Shown: positions 30,958 through 43,119 of the stretch, in pieces
Layout of the letters: every line of letters begins with the position of its first letter
Numbering within the stretch: the first letter of the stretch is position 1
From: Meyerozyma guilliermondii
Taxonomy: Eukaryota
Direction of reading: 5' to 3'
Length of the DNA stretch: 64,000 nucleotides
Assembly: GCA_051546255.1 (NCBI GenBank)
Contig: CP128817.1
Span: forward strand, 496,001 to 560,000
Translations under genes and position numbers: made by a program
The notes under the pieces: generated by a model
The model's database searches: none
The model's input: only the letters and a program-made list of their open reading frames with translations
Told to the model about the DNA's origin: nothing

Positions 30958-32976
30958 ATGGCGAAGCGAACAGCTGAGGACCAGATAACCCGAGAAACAT
31001 ATGGCACCGGAGAGGCCGATGATGAGTCTTTTTCAGGACCTTCAAAAGCATCGTCTGCAGTTATGAGTAGGCGAAAGATCTTGAAACCTCGAGGTCATCG
31101 CGGCACTAGTGACATTTCAACCAATACAGCGACCACGCCATCATTTTCAACATTCAAAAATGAGACAATTCCAAGTACTGGCTTCACTTTTGGTAGCAAC
31201 TTTGCATCGAAGAATACGACTAACGGTGAAAGTGATAAGAACGAGCGTATACGTGCCCTCAATGAACAATTCATCGCTGCTATAAAGAAGGCAGAAGCCC
31301 CCGGTACTATTGCGGACCTCACTGGTGTTGCTAGTAAGTACATCAATTACTACAAAGACATCACTGGGGGCCCTAAACCTCAAGTGTCAAGTACACCCTT
31401 TGGTATTGCTAGCACCAAAACTGAAGGTTCGCAAGAACCTGAAGGAATGGAAATCTCTGGAGATGATACCAAAGGTAAAAATGAAAACAAATCCTCTGAC
31501 TCTGACTCTGAACAAGACGAAATTAAGATTGAGGGACCAAAATTCACCTTCGAGGCTAAGCCAGCCAAGAATCTGCCTTTTTCATTCGATCCCAAGCCAG
31601 CCAAAAAGAAGGACGATTCGGATTCTGAGTCTGAGGTCGAGATCAAGGGTCCTGTTTTTAGCTTCAATAAGCCTATAAAGGACAGTGTTTTTAAGATTGA
31701 GCCTCCCAAGCAAACTGAGCTGGCAGGAAAACCAAGGGACACTCAGTCAAGTACAGATCTGAGTACAAATGCTAAACCGGCTTTCAGTTTTACAGCCCCT
31801 TCTGAGTCAAAACCCGTTCAGACCACCTCTGCTTTCGGTGGTGGTGCATCAAACAAGCCAGCTTTCTCGTTTGGTTCAAGTTCTGCAGCTCCTCAGACTA
31901 CAAAAGTAGACCAAGCGCCATCTTTTTCATTCTCGGCAGGCAAAGATAGTACCACCAATAAGCCTGTTTTCGGGTTTGGAACGCAATCCTCGACTGTTGG
32001 ACAGACACTGCCTTTTACATTCAATTCAAACCAGAGCTCTGTCAAGATTTCAGGGAAATCTGATCCACAAGAGTCTTCAAATAGTGACAAACCTTCGTTC
32101 AATTTCAGTGGCACCCTGCAGAGCTCTGAAACTCCACTGGTCTTCGGAACCGGCTCTTCCAGTATAAACTCCGCTGTTCAAAGTGGTGAAAAGACAAACA
32201 CGACTTCTACTGCAACAAACAATGAATCAAAGGCAACCCCCTCGTTTGGTTTTGGTATTACGCTGACATCCAGTGATGAGCCTAATAAGTTCACGAGTAG
32301 TAGTAATACCCCGCCACTGTTTAATTTTTCTGGAGTAAAAGGTTCCCTGGATGCAGCAACAACAGAGACAAAACCTGCCTTTACCTTTGGTGCTTTAAAT
32401 TCTGCACCATCAAAGCCGTTTACTTTTGGAAGCAACTCCGCTGCTGCCCAGACGCCTGCTTTTTCGTTTGGGTCAAATAATGTGTCGAATTCTTTTGGTT
32501 CTTCCAACCCAAATGGTCTCAACAAGGCCGCTGATGACAAGAAAGAGGAGGAGGTTGTTGAGGAGGAAGTTGGTGGTAATTTTAAACCAATTGCCCAACT
32601 TTCCAATACGGAGGTAGAGGTTTCTACCGGTGAAGAAGACGAGGAAGTGCTCTTTACAAAGCGTGCGAAACTAATGAGATTTGATCCCAACAACAAGGAA
32701 CAGCCCTACGCAAGCAAAGGTTTGGGTGATGTTCGTATATTGAAATCGAAATTAGGAAAGACCAGAATCTTAATGCGGTCCGAGGGAAGCTCTCGTGTCT
32801 TGCTTAATACCTTGGTATCCAAAACTATGACATATACGACAATGGGTAATGGGTCGATGGTAAGAGTTCCAGTACTTAACAACGAGACAAAAGCTATTGA
32901 GACCTATGTCCTCAAGCTTAAGTTGGCAACCGATGGTGAGAGCTTGCTGAAACTTTTGGAAGAGGTAAAACTGTAA
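30958..32976 (+). CDS. NUP2: Nucleoporin Nup2/Nup50
   Basis: MAKRTAEDQITRE N-terminus, many FxFG/FxF repeats, C-terminal RanBD (TGEEDEEVLFTKRAKL). Confidence 0.93.
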   Translation: MAKRTAEDQITRETYGTGEADDESFSGPSKASSAVMSRRKILKPRGHRGTSDISTNTATTPSFSTFKNETIPSTGFTFGSNFASKNTTNGESDKNERIRALNEQFIAAIKKAEAPGTIADLTGVASKYINYYKDITGGPKPQVSSTPFGIASTKTEGSQEPEGMEISGDDTKGKNENKSSDSDSEQDEIKIEGPKFTFEAKPAKNLPFSFDPKPAKKKDDSDSESEVEIKGPVFSFNKPIKDSVFKIEPPKQTELAGKPRDTQSSTDLSTNAKPAFSFTAPSESKPVQTTSAFGGGASNKPAFSFGSSSAAPQTTKVDQAPSFSFSAGKDSTTNKPVFGFGTQSSTVGQTLPFTFNSNQSSVKISGKSDPQESSNSDKPSFNFSGTLQSSETPLVFGTGSSSINSAVQSGEKTNTTSTATNNESKATPSFGFGITLTSSDEPNKFTSSSNTPPLFNFSGVKGSLDAATTETKPAFTFGALNSAPSKPFTFGSNSAAAQTPAFSFGSNNVSNSFGSSNPNGLNKAADDKKEEEVVEEEVGGNFKPIAQLSNTEVEVSTGEEDEEVLFTKRAKLMRFDPNNKEQPYASKGLGDVRILKSKLGKTRILMRSEGSSRVLLNTLVSKTMTYTTMGNGSMVRVPVLNNETKAIETYVLKLKLATDGESLLKLLEEVKL

Positions 32977-33015
32977 TGTACAAATAGCCGTATAAAAATA
33001 TACGGAATGAATGTA

Positions 33016-35031
33016 TTAAATCCTATTGGTGGTCTTAACGATCCCCTTTGCAAGGCTGAAAATCTCTAGGTTCATATCGTTTCTGATAGAACTTTGAAAG
33101 CCTATTTGTTCATCTTCTGAACTCACACCTTTAACGAGAAGGTTCTTTACCTCGGATAATGAACCGAAAAATTTATGACCATAGACTCTGAAAGTTGCAA
33201 TAATAATGCTTAACAATGCGTCAACTCCTTCAATAATGTAAATATCTATGATCTGTGCACAGGTTTCGGAGGACAACATCTGTGTCAAGAATCCTAAGAT
33301 AAGAACATGCAAGTAGTCCTTTGTGTGAAGTCCAATGGTATCGAAATGAAGTTTAAGATTTGGGGCAACCTCGTCAAACAATGAATCGAATCTGTTAATT
33401 AAGTTGCCGTATGATCGTTCAAATATAATACGCCTCTGAAAATCGTTTGTTTCACCAATATAGGCGACCAAGTCAGCTAACGTAGGCGACAGAAACAAGT
33501 TACAGAACTTGACAAAGGCTGACGATACGTCCCCGCTGTTTCTCCAAACAATATAGGTCAAATCTAAGAGTCCCGGGAAAAAGTAGTCTGTCCTTATGTT
33601 TTGAGCTGTTGCCCTTGTAATCGGTAATAGTTGATAACGCTCATTCATGAAAAATATCACACCCCATATTACTTTTCGTAGGTTTGCCAATTGTTCAGAA
33701 GTCAACTGACTCCCAAATTGGCTTCGCATATCATGTATGATTTTGCGATCAAACTGCTTGATATTTGAAGGAACAGCATAGCTACCACTACCTGTAAGTT
33801 GATCAGAATTGCAGAGTATCAAATCAACTTGGTTGAGATACCATCGAGAATCCCCCATGTTTAGACGCGAGGATGAACTGAGTAGTTCTGTCCACACTGT
33901 TGCCCTGACACTCGACGGTATTCCTCTCCAATACATATCCCTTAACTGAGGGTCGTGACGTACCTGAAGTAATTCATCATCGGCTAGAAGGCTGTGCCAA
34001 CGGTCGATGTCTTTCTCTCTTTGCTCAAGATGATATTTTATCTCATTTTGTCGCTTTTGTTGTTCAGTGGAGACTTGTTTCATGGCATTTCTGAAAATCT
34101 TGCTGGCCTCCTTATGATGCTTATTTCTATCCTTGGGTGATTTTGGAGGTAGCCAAGTTGGACGTGTGTATGTTAAGACGTTGCTTAGCGATTTGGAATT
34201 GTCAAGATAGTGCTTACTTGAAATACTCCCTGATTCTGGGACTGATTCTAACGAGTGTGTAGGTATCACCTCCAATGAGCGGGTTAAAAGGCGGTATCTC
34301 TGACGGGCGTTCTCATATTCGTAGGCTGCCTCATTCCCATCTAGCCTAAAAGAAATGTCATCGAGGTCAGAATGCCTAGGGCACTTCATTCGAAGATATG
34401 AATCTGTATTCGAATCAAAGTCATATGAAAGTTCAGTGTCCAAGCTGATGGTAGAGTCTCTTCCAGCGACACTATTGTGACTCCATATTGACGAAGATCT
34501 TGTGGAGTCGGTGTTAACTGAGTACCTATTGATTTCCCTCGGGCCTTTGAAGTAGCCCTGCTCGGCGTACTCGTGATTCGGAGCAAAAGGCACATTGCAG
34601 ATATCATCCTCCGCGTCGATATCTAGGTCGTTCGAGCTGAATTCCAGGTTTTTCGTTTGGCGATTAGATCTAACTCTGTCATCACCGGGTAATCTATAAT
34701 TAACGATGCTGTTGGACATCTGGTCCCTGCGAAGCTGAAGCCTTTGGGAAGGAGTGAGGTATGATGGCGTTCGTTTGATTGGAATCACGTAGTTTTGAAT
34801 AGCATTTAGCTCATTCATGCTTGATGTGGGGTTGTGTGGCCGCGTGGTGTTCTCTCCACGTCCAAGCGGCTTGAACTGGTTATCTCTCCTCAGTTCTGCA
34901 TTACGAACCGTGGCAGCCAGCGTATTGGGAGAATCTCTTGTGTTGATCTTTGGGCACAGTGCTATAAAGTCTCGCAGCCTCCCGCTTATGGGATACTGTG
35001 GGGTCGAGGGTAAAGATTTGTTCTTGTCCAT
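33016..35031 (-). CDS. Sbe2/Sbe22-like protein with Rab-GAP TBC-like domain
   Basis: LTPSQRLQLRR, TRPTWLPPKS, WRGIPSSVRATVW; first ATG at 35031. Confidence 0.7.
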   Translation of the reverse strand: MDKNKSLPSTPQYPISGRLRDFIALCPKINTRDSPNTLAATVRNAELRRDNQFKPLGRGENTTRPHNPTSSMNELNAIQNYVIPIKRTPSYLTPSQRLQLRRDQMSNSIVNYRLPGDDRVRSNRQTKNLEFSSNDLDIDAEDDICNVPFAPNHEYAEQGYFKGPREINRYSVNTDSTRSSSIWSHNSVAGRDSTISLDTELSYDFDSNTDSYLRMKCPRHSDLDDISFRLDGNEAAYEYENARQRYRLLTRSLEVIPTHSLESVPESGSISSKHYLDNSKSLSNVLTYTRPTWLPPKSPKDRNKHHKEASKIFRNAMKQVSTEQQKRQNEIKYHLEQREKDIDRWHSLLADDELLQVRHDPQLRDMYWRGIPSSVRATVWTELLSSSSRLNMGDSRWYLNQVDLILCNSDQLTGSGSYAVPSNIKQFDRKIIHDMRSQFGSQLTSEQLANLRKVIWGVIFFMNERYQLLPITRATAQNIRTDYFFPGLLDLTYIVWRNSGDVSSAFVKFCNLFLSPTLADLVAYIGETNDFQRRIIFERSYGNLINRFDSLFDEVAPNLKLHFDTIGLHTKDYLHVLILGFLTQMLSSETCAQIIDIYIIEGVDALLSIIIATFRVYGHKFFGSLSEVKNLLVKGVSSEDEQIGFQSSIRNDMNLEIFSLAKGIVKTTNRI

Positions 35032-35455
35032 TGTGATTGATTTAACTTCAATGATGAACAATAAGAACGAAGAATCTTCTATGCGCCGCTTCAATGCTAG
35101 TAATAATTGGTAAGAACTTCTTTCGCGCGTCGAAGGTATTCTCGTAAAGAACAATAGCGCGTCGTCAATCCGTCAGTTGTTTGTACGATTGATTATGACT
35201 CTCGACTGATTCAATTGCAATATTTCAGAACGACTACCACCTCTAGGATTTTCAGCTTGAGCTGCTATACCTCCAAAATCAAAAGGTCTATACTTTTAAT
35301 GACATACGTTTCAGCCTTTGTTACTGTACGCGCTTTCGCGATAGAAAAAAAAAAAATAATAATAGAAGATTTCGCGTACACATCCACCATACACACTACG
35401 AGGATGATTTCTCCATGGCGTGAAATTTACAGTCTATGTACACTATATACAAAGT

Positions 35456-36907
35456 TTACTTTCTTTGCTCATCTTTCATGTTGAAAAACTTGCCCAAAAA
35501 CTTTCCAATCTTCTTTAATTTGGAAGGATGGAGGTCTTTCTCATCATAGGTTTCATCCACTTTATCAGTGGTCTCATCTTCGCCATCAACTTTCCAGTGT
35601 GCATCGGTACGCTTCGCATTCTTATCGTTGAAAGCATCAGCAAGAGCCTCCAATAAAGCTGTTTGCACCGGTGTTTCAGGATTAAGTGTTTTGACATTGA
35701 GGACGACTTTCATATCGCCTCTGTTATTGATATTTCTGTTAATAGGTACTCCTTTCTCTGGAATGGTCAAGGTTCTACCCGACTGGACGCCGGGACGTAA
35801 TTTTAGCTTGATGTTCTGACCATCGATCGTTGGAACAACTATTTCCCCACCAAGAGCTGCTGTAGTCATCCAGATGTCGTGCTTGACAACAATTTTATCA
35901 TCTTCTCTAGAGAAAACTGGGTCCCTTGTAACATGTACTCTGATGATAAGATCGCCATTTCTGGTCTGATTGTAGGGGTCCTTCGTAACAAAAGGTGCAT
36001 CACCAGCACCAGGCACGCGTAAACGAGTACCGTCCGCAACACCGCAAGGCAAATCCACAGTAGTAGATTTAGGAACTTCATCTACACCTCTTCCACGGCA
36101 TGTGCCACACTCATCCTTCTTTGGTACTATGACACCACTTCCTTGACATGTCCCACAGGTTGATGACATATGAAAACCGCCGACAATATGGGTACTTTGG
36201 CCGGTTCCATGGCACGTTGGGCATGTGGATTTCTTCTTCCCTTTCTTTAGTCCTGATCCTTGACAGGTTCCACATGAGTCGACAGCCTTGTAGTTGACTT
36301 GAACTTTGGTACCGAAGATGGCATCCTTAAAAGATATCGTCTTTAGAACTTCGATATTATCACCTACATGTTCAGTGACAAACAGTCCACCTCTGGAGCC
36401 ACGTCCACCGCCCCCTGTAAATGCTTGCTTGAATAAATCCTCGAAATCAAATCCCATACCTCCGAATGGGTTACCAGCATTGCCCCCAAATGGGTTTCCA
36501 TTTGAACCACCAAAAGGGTTTCCAGCGTATGGATTGGAGTTTCCATGCTCATCAAATGCACTGGCACCAAACTGATCATATTGTGCTCTCTTATCTTTGT
36601 CGCTCAAGAGCTCGTAGGACTCTTGAATCTTATGAAATCTCTTCTCTGCGTCTTTTTCTTTATTCACATCAGGATGATACTTCTTTACGAGCTGATAATA
36701 AGCCTTTTTAACTTCTTGTTGGGACGCATCTTTCGAAACTCCTAATGTCTCATAAGGGTCAAACTTGATAAGAGTTGCGCTGCTCGCATGGAAGTGTCTT
36801 GAAGGTGTAGCGTGCAATCTGTTCAAGTAAAAGCTGCTCCTTGGTGCCCTAGCTATTCTACTTGATATATGGGCCCGGTTCAAGAGGGACTTAGCCAAGA
36901 CTTTCAT
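35456..36907 (-). CDS. MDJ1: Mitochondrial DnaJ co-chaperone
   Basis: Presequence, J domain with HPD, G/F region, four CxxCxGxG motifs. Confidence 0.95.
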   Translation of the reverse strand: MKVLAKSLLNRAHISSRIARAPRSSFYLNRLHATPSRHFHASSATLIKFDPYETLGVSKDASQQEVKKAYYQLVKKYHPDVNKEKDAEKRFHKIQESYELLSDKDKRAQYDQFGASAFDEHGNSNPYAGNPFGGSNGNPFGGNAGNPFGGMGFDFEDLFKQAFTGGGGRGSRGGLFVTEHVGDNIEVLKTISFKDAIFGTKVQVNYKAVDSCGTCQGSGLKKGKKKSTCPTCHGTGQSTHIVGGFHMSSTCGTCQGSGVIVPKKDECGTCRGRGVDEVPKSTTVDLPCGVADGTRLRVPGAGDAPFVTKDPYNQTRNGDLIIRVHVTRDPVFSREDDKIVVKHDIWMTTAALGGEIVVPTIDGQNIKLKLRPGVQSGRTLTIPEKGVPINRNINNRGDMKVVLNVKTLNPETPVQTALLEALADAFNDKNAKRTDAHWKVDGEDETTDKVDETYDEKDLHPSKLKKIGKFLGKFFNMKDEQRK

Positions 36908-37168
36908 GCTCAGATAAAGAATTTAATATATGTCTATAGCAGTAGGCCTGAAAAACAAGTATAGATATGTATTGTCTCAATATTGAGATGTAGTAGATTG
37001 ACGGATTCGAAGAATTTCTACAGCTGAGAAAAGTCAATATGCAGTATACCAAAGTAGGCATCCTAGTTAAGCGGATATATGACCCGGAAACTAGTATTGG
37101 TAACGTCTACTATCTTCTACGAGTTATGTTACTGTTTTTTGTATTCCCTGCCCTAAATGACTGAAACT

Positions 37169-38740
37169 CTAGAACTTCTGATCCCAAGAGTCCAATTTCA
37201 TTGTACCATTCTCTTGTAAGTTCATGTGCATCTTGAATGCATCCTTCAAGATATGAGGCTCGTGCAAGCACTTGTTCTTCTTGGCATAGAAGATTGCTCT
37301 GTCATAATATTCTGTCAATTGAGCTCTGAAGTCAGGATGAGCACACTTGTTGATGATTTCCAAAGCTCTCTCCTTTGGAGATAATCCACGCAAGTCAGCC
37401 AAACCCTGTTCGGTGACAACAATGTCCAAGTCATGCTCAGTTTGGTCAACGTGAGTAGCAAATGGAACAATACACGAAACACCGGTTTTGTCAGTTTTTG
37501 AAGGTCTTGCCGATGGCGTATGCATGACTGACAATTTAGCGTTTCTCAAGAAGTCTGCAGATCCACCCAATCCATTCAACATTCTTGAACCCATGACATT
37601 GGTTGAGTTTGCGTGTGCATATATGTCAACTTCCACTGGAGTGTTCATGGCAATTGTACCCAATCTTCTGATGATTTCAGGAGAGTTGGAAACGACCTGG
37701 GATCTTAAGCACAATTTCTTTGAGAATTCGTCCCAGTTTTCATAAAATCTGTCGAAACCTGCCTCTGTCAATCTGATCGAAGTAGCAGTAGCGTAATCCA
37801 ATGAACCGGAGGCGAAGAAGTCCAAGAAGGAATCTTGAAGAACCTCAGTCCACACAGAAAGGTTCTTGAATTTAGAGCCAGCAAGACCTTCCACGACTGC
37901 ATTTGCAATGTTACCAATACCGGATTGCAATGGATGCAAGTTCGAAGGCATGCGTCCGTATTTGACCTCGTGCTCGAAAAATTCAATCAAGTTATTGGCA
38001 ATGGCTTTGGATCCTTCATCTGCTGGAGTGTTAGGAGGAACAATGTCGCCCGTGGTAGATTCGACAATTGCAACAACCTTTGAAGGATCGATAGGAATGG
38101 AGTCAAGACCAACTTTGTAGTCAACACTCGTGTGTGGGTATGGTTGTCTGAAGGGTGGTTGCACTGGCATGTCAATGTCGTGTAAACCCTCGAATGATGG
38201 AGTCTTAGTATTCACCTCGATGATAATCTTGTCGGAAACACTAAGCATTTCAGGAGAGCCACCAACTGCAGGACCAGGAACGATAGAACCGTCTTCCTTG
38301 ATAGCAGTGGCCTCAATGATAGTGAAATCCAACAAGTCATTCTCTTTTTCTCTTGTGTAGAATCCGTAAGTCAAGTCCTGAGGGAACATTGACAAATGCT
38401 TGTCGAAAAATTGAGTTCTGCCCTCATTGATTGCTTTAGCAATTGGTTTTCCAACTTGATGAGGTGAACGGCGCAAAATCATGTCATGCTCGGCCCATCT
38501 GCTTTCCTCAGGGCCTGCCGATGCACCAACAAACAAGTTGAAAGCAAGTTTTCCTTGCAAGTCGTTTTTCTCGACATGGTTAACCAAGGCACTTGGAATG
38601 GCCTTGGGCGCACCAACTCCGGTGAATCCGGACCAGCCTAAATACTGACCGTGTTTGAAGAATTCCACACACTCATCGGCTGTTCTCAACTTTTTGAGGT
38701 ATGGGGCGTATCTGACCCTTTGTTTCAAGAGAGCTGACAT
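37169..38740 (-). CDS. ACH1: Acetyl-CoA hydrolase / CoA transferase
   Basis: [48 protein letters not shown]. Confidence 0.97.
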   Translation of the reverse strand: MSALLKQRVRYAPYLKKLRTADECVEFFKHGQYLGWSGFTGVGAPKAIPSALVNHVEKNDLQGKLAFNLFVGASAGPEESRWAEHDMILRRSPHQVGKPIAKAINEGRTQFFDKHLSMFPQDLTYGFYTREKENDLLDFTIIEATAIKEDGSIVPGPAVGGSPEMLSVSDKIIIEVNTKTPSFEGLHDIDMPVQPPFRQPYPHTSVDYKVGLDSIPIDPSKVVAIVESTTGDIVPPNTPADEGSKAIANNLIEFFEHEVKYGRMPSNLHPLQSGIGNIANAVVEGLAGSKFKNLSVWTEVLQDSFLDFFASGSLDYATATSIRLTEAGFDRFYENWDEFSKKLCLRSQVVSNSPEIIRRLGTIAMNTPVEVDIYAHANSTNVMGSRMLNGLGGSADFLRNAKLSVMHTPSARPSKTDKTGVSCIVPFATHVDQTEHDLDIVVTEQGLADLRGLSPKERALEIINKCAHPDFRAQLTEYYDRAIFYAKKNKCLHEPHILKDAFKMHMNLQENGTMKLDSWDQKF

Positions 38741-38845
38741 TTGATCTATACGAATTGAATAGGATGTAGTCCTGCTTTCAGCGGAGACTTATAAACTGTT
38801 ACCAAAAAAAAGTCTCAACAAACTGAAAAGTGTTGGATTTCTGTT

Positions 38846-38949
38846 GCGGGGGTCGTATCGGGAACGAACACAAACACAACGCGCACTTCACAGGCAAAAA
38901 AAAATCTGTTGAGCAAGAAGTTTTCTAGACGAGCCTGAAAAATCTGGGG
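38846..38949. promoter_or_regulatory. Mig1-type sites upstream of ACH1
   Basis: GCGGGG 38846-38851; AAAAAT-CTGGGG 38938-38949. Confidence 0.5.
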
Positions 38950-39333
38950 TATTTATACTAGCAAACTCTGTCAGCTCCACACCCCGGACTTCTGCCGACT
39001 ATTTTTTTTTCCCGGCCCAGCAAACGAGCTCCGACTTACCGAGCTTCGGACTTTTGCTCGTTTGAGCATCACACGAACGCATCTTATTGCTGTTGATGCT
39101 TGTGGGGCAGTACAGCTGCAAGTTTGTAAAATCAAGCTGGAATCATATAGTGATTTATCGAATAACGCTTCTCTACCTTTCTGCGGGCTTGCAGCCACTT
39201 ATAATGCTATAAAACGTTCCCCTCTCTCGGAGTGATCCGCGCTAAAGTCCGACAACGACCACTTCCCAAACAGGTGTTACATCGGCTCGCACCGCACGAC
39301 GATGCACGAATGCATATAATACGGTTATGTAGT

Positions 39334-41145
39334 TTAATCCCTCGGATATCGCTTGTTTCTCGTGGACTTAAACCTACTGATCCGTACAGGTTGCATGTTT
39401 TCATCCAACGGTACCATTTCAGATGGCTCATTATCTTTTGGCGACGATGCTCTGAGTTTTTGTGAGAGATATTGGTACTCACGATTGATCTGCTCTTGAA
39501 GTAAACTTGATTCAATTTCTTCGGAAGTGACATCGTTGTTTTCAACTATTTCTTCTTCCAATATGGGCCCCAGATCGCTGTCGACATCTATGTCGCTACC
39601 ATCATCGTCATAGGATTGCTCAGTGGACTCTTCATTGTAGGTTTCATTCATTAGTGTTCCACTATTCTGACTCGACATGATCAATGCGTTGACTTTCTCA
39701 AAGTCATCTAGCTTCTCAACAACAATGCTACCGGCACCTCGGTCCTCTTCGTTAAGTTCCCTAGTGTAAGCCTTGGCCATGGCATCGAGGTCAAATTTGT
39801 TTGTCCCATTTGTGGTGACATTATTCGTTTCCTGTGCATTATGAGCGTCCTCTACCTCGAGGGGGGACATGTGTGATTTTTCACTGTTGTGTAATGACCC
39901 AACTGGAACATCTCTCTCGATAATATCGCTCAATGGCTCTGTTGTCTCTTGATGGTGCGACTTTGGAGGACCATCTTCAGGCAAAGTATTTCTATCGATA
40001 GCAACCCGATTCTGTTTAAACTTTGAAAGTTTCCGATCTGGGTAAGTAATGTTTTTGAGCTGCTCCCCGACATTTTCTATACTCTTTATATCGAGAGCGT
40101 CCGAGAATCTCACAGACTTTTTCGAGGAACTAATTGATTCCTTTTGTATGTCTTCGACGGTGGTAACATTTCCAGCTCTTTCCTTGTTAATTCTTAGGTC
40201 TGAAATCTTGTCCCAAAGCATTTTATTAATGGTGTTTTCCTCATTCTTTTTTCCTGGCAAGAATTGTGTCTTTCTCAGTCCGTATAACATTTCGTCGGCT
40301 AGAGAATCGTCTGCATCATCACTGCTTCCTTCCTCGAAATCATAGTCCCACTCCATGTTGTCTGGGATATCCACTTCTTCATCCGCTAACTCGTCGAATA
40401 GCTCCAACTTAATCATGTCATTTTCGTTTATCGCAAGTTCACTCCGACTTGTGCTTCCACTTTTGTCCTCCTCAAAAGGCACACTAGTATCCTTCTCATG
40501 GGACTGCCTCGATGACAGGGGAGATTCCTTACTGTCCTTCACTTCTGTGATACCCATATCTTCCATAAGCTCTTGCCATTCATCTTTTTCTTTGTCCTCA
40601 CGGGAGTTTGTCTCTTTGCTTTCATTCGTGCGTACCTCTGTAGCTTCCAGCTGACCGCTTGTGTTTTCTTGTATTTCAGCAACTTTTGAATCCTCAGGTA
40701 TACGTATTGATGAATTCCTTTCTTTTGGAACGCCTATATTTGAAGAGATCACGTTGCCATTTGCATCTAGCTCTTCAACAATTTCAACGAAAGGCAACCC
40801 TTCTTCGTTTAGCTTTTCTTCTTTCTCATTCCCATTGCCAGGCGCCGTTAACTTCACTTTCATTTGCTCTGCGAAATCAATCTTTGAATGGATATCGTCT
40901 ATACTTTTCTCAAGATACTTGTCCCGCCTCGAAAGAAATGAAGTTGCATCTGTATGGTTCATTGAAACGAAATATCCATCGCCTATCGAGACTATAGTAT
41001 GCTCAGCTGATTCGGATATATCGCTTGCAAGTTCCTTTAAACTCATGCGTTCTGATGCAAGAACGCCTTCTTTTGCCCGTAAGTGTTCTATTGTACGATC
41101 GAGCTCCATGCTCAACGCCAGGTATGAAACATTATCGTCAGTCAT
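39334..41145 (-). CDS. BUD27: Unconventional prefoldin URI/Bud27
   Basis: Alpha-prefoldin VSIGDGYFV, NEEGLPFVEIVEELD, KKSVRF, C-terminal RISRFK box. Confidence 0.9.
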   Translation of the reverse strand: MTDDNVSYLALSMELDRTIEHLRAKEGVLASERMSLKELASDISESAEHTIVSIGDGYFVSMNHTDATSFLSRRDKYLEKSIDDIHSKIDFAEQMKVKLTAPGNGNEKEEKLNEEGLPFVEIVEELDANGNVISSNIGVPKERNSSIRIPEDSKVAEIQENTSGQLEATEVRTNESKETNSREDKEKDEWQELMEDMGITEVKDSKESPLSSRQSHEKDTSVPFEEDKSGSTSRSELAINENDMIKLELFDELADEEVDIPDNMEWDYDFEEGSSDDADDSLADEMLYGLRKTQFLPGKKNEENTINKMLWDKISDLRINKERAGNVTTVEDIQKESISSSKKSVRFSDALDIKSIENVGEQLKNITYPDRKLSKFKQNRVAIDRNTLPEDGPPKSHHQETTEPLSDIIERDVPVGSLHNSEKSHMSPLEVEDAHNAQETNNVTTNGTNKFDLDAMAKAYTRELNEEDRGAGSIVVEKLDDFEKVNALIMSSQNSGTLMNETYNEESTEQSYDDDGSDIDVDSDLGPILEEEIVENNDVTSEEIESSLLQEQINREYQYLSQKLRASSPKDNEPSEMVPLDENMQPVRISRFKSTRNKRYPRD

Positions 41146-41613
41146 ATAATTAGTGGCTATACTGTTCTGGCATTTTGTCGTAGGAGTTGCAAATAGTGAG
41201 ATGAGTTGATTTGGCCTCGTACACGACTACTGTTGGAGCCTTCAGTTAGCAGCGATCAAGACAATGTAGAGTGGTTGCATTGATTTGATGTAAGACTAAT
41301 GTGGTTGATGTCTTCGATCGATGGAATTCGTACATTGAAAGTTTTATAATTTTTGGATTTTGCAATTTTTTGAGAGTTTGCAAATCTCTACTGAATTTAG
41401 GTACATAAAGACGTCGGTAAGCCTGACAAAGAAGAGACAAAACACATATTTACGCAACTGTTTCAACGAAACGAATGCTGAAAGAAAGTTTGACAGACGG
41501 GATTTCTGCTACGCCGCTTAGTAGAATCACAATAACGAAGCCGATGTTAAGTGTTTGTCTTTGCACGACCAAGCGATAGATCTGTGACTTTACAATAGAT
41601 AAACACCTTTCAA

Positions 41614-41910
41614 ATGGCTCCTACTAAATTGGAGATCAAGGTTAATGTTGTGAAACGACTTTTGAAAGAGTCGAAACTATATGACGAGGAAGCTTCCGAC
41701 CAAGAGAAAGCTCTCTCTGATATGAAGGAAAGACATGAAGATCCATACTTGATTCATAAACAAGAAGTGCTTTTGAAGGAAGCCCAAATGATGATCACTG
41801 AAATAAGGAAAAAGGTTGAAGATCAGAGAACTAATCTCGCAAAGTACTTAGACAACTACGACGGTGATGAAGATACCAGTGAAGCTAGAGCATTGATCGG
41901 GGTAAACTGA
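41614..41910 (+). CDS. RBL2: Tubulin-folding cofactor A
   Basis: MAPTKLEIKVNVVKRLLKE, DPYLIHKQ.VL.E. Confidence 0.9.
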   Translation: MAPTKLEIKVNVVKRLLKESKLYDEEASDQEKALSDMKERHEDPYLIHKQEVLLKEAQMMITEIRKKVEDQRTNLAKYLDNYDGDEDTSEARALIGVN

Positions 41911-41960
41911 GAATTTTTCTAGACTCATAGAACACGAAAAACCTTATATAAATTATATTA

Positions 41961-43004
41961 CTAGTTACTATGTAAGCGTTCCCACTCCCTCAAATCCTCT
42001 TCGTAAGCTTCATCTTCATCCTCCTCTCCAGCTTCGTCTTCACCTGTAGTATTAGGCTCATTTAATCCGCGGCGATCTTCAGTCTCCTCAAGGCGATCGA
42101 AAGTATCTTTTTGCTCGATCCACCTTTCATGGATATCAACATCTATATCTTTTATCAAGGACGATTGTCTTGTAGCTTCACTCCATATAGTATCCCCACC
42201 TATTTCACTAGTTCCAAACATATAGCCATTTGCTTTATCAATGATGTTTAATAGGTGTATCATGGACCTTTTGTTTTCAACAGATAAGACCTCAAACGAG
42301 ACCAAGTTGAAGTCCTCAATCAATTCACCAATTGCCTCAGTTAAGCGTACAAACTTCTTCCCTAAAATGGAGTTGGATTCCTTTTCTAGAAGTGGCTTTA
42401 AATAGTGAAGGTCCTGGACTTCCGTATAGTAATCAAGTTTAAATGGAAGAGACCCATACGAGTGTAGCTTGTCTATCTTAGAAATCACATTAACGTGGGG
42501 TAAATCGAGCTGAAGCATTGATCTCAAGCTTAGAAGTAAAATCGATATGTACTGTGAGGGGCTGGTCAAGTATATCGAATCCACCAAAGAGACAGTACAT
42601 AGTCGAATTCCCCCCTTCCTCGATATTAGTTTAAGAATTTGGTACAAGGAATTATGATGTGTGAATAACTCAACTTGGCCAGGGCAATCGATAAGTAGAT
42701 AATAATTTTCGTCTGCAAGTTTTTTGATCTTTGCCACAAAGTTTTCGATCTCAACAGAGCTGAGGCACTCAAGCGCGTACATAAGACCACCGTTTGGACC
42801 AAGGTCTAGTTCTTCCATTATTTCATCCAACGTTAAGATATCTCGTATATCAAGAGCGCAGTCTGGATAAGGTAACCTGTCGTTCGCGGGGTCCAAGTTG
42901 ATCACACACAGTTTACGGCCAATCGCTGACATAAACTGATACATCCCGTAGCAATAGGTGGATTTACCTGACCCCGGTGGCCCTATGACCACTTGACCGA
43001 ACAT
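41961..43004 (-). CDS. GPN2: GPN-loop GTPase 2
   Basis: GPPGSGKST, NLDPAND, LGPNGG, DCPGQVELF. Confidence 0.93.
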   Translation of the reverse strand: MFGQVVIGPPGSGKSTYCYGMYQFMSAIGRKLCVINLDPANDRLPYPDCALDIRDILTLDEIMEELDLGPNGGLMYALECLSSVEIENFVAKIKKLADENYYLLIDCPGQVELFTHHNSLYQILKLISRKGGIRLCTVSLVDSIYLTSPSQYISILLLSLRSMLQLDLPHVNVISKIDKLHSYGSLPFKLDYYTEVQDLHYLKPLLEKESNSILGKKFVRLTEAIGELIEDFNLVSFEVLSVENKRSMIHLLNIIDKANGYMFGTSEIGGDTIWSEATRQSSLIKDIDVDIHERWIEQKDTFDRLEETEDRRGLNEPNTTGEDEAGEEDEDEAYEEDLREWERLHSN

Positions 43005-43119
43005 GAAGCTATCAAGCCTAAAAATGTTAGTGATGTTTAAGATTAACACGCGCACGACCACACATTTGATGGCGACTCACTGGCAATCTCGGTAGTTACG
43101 ATACTTCAGGCGTCACAAA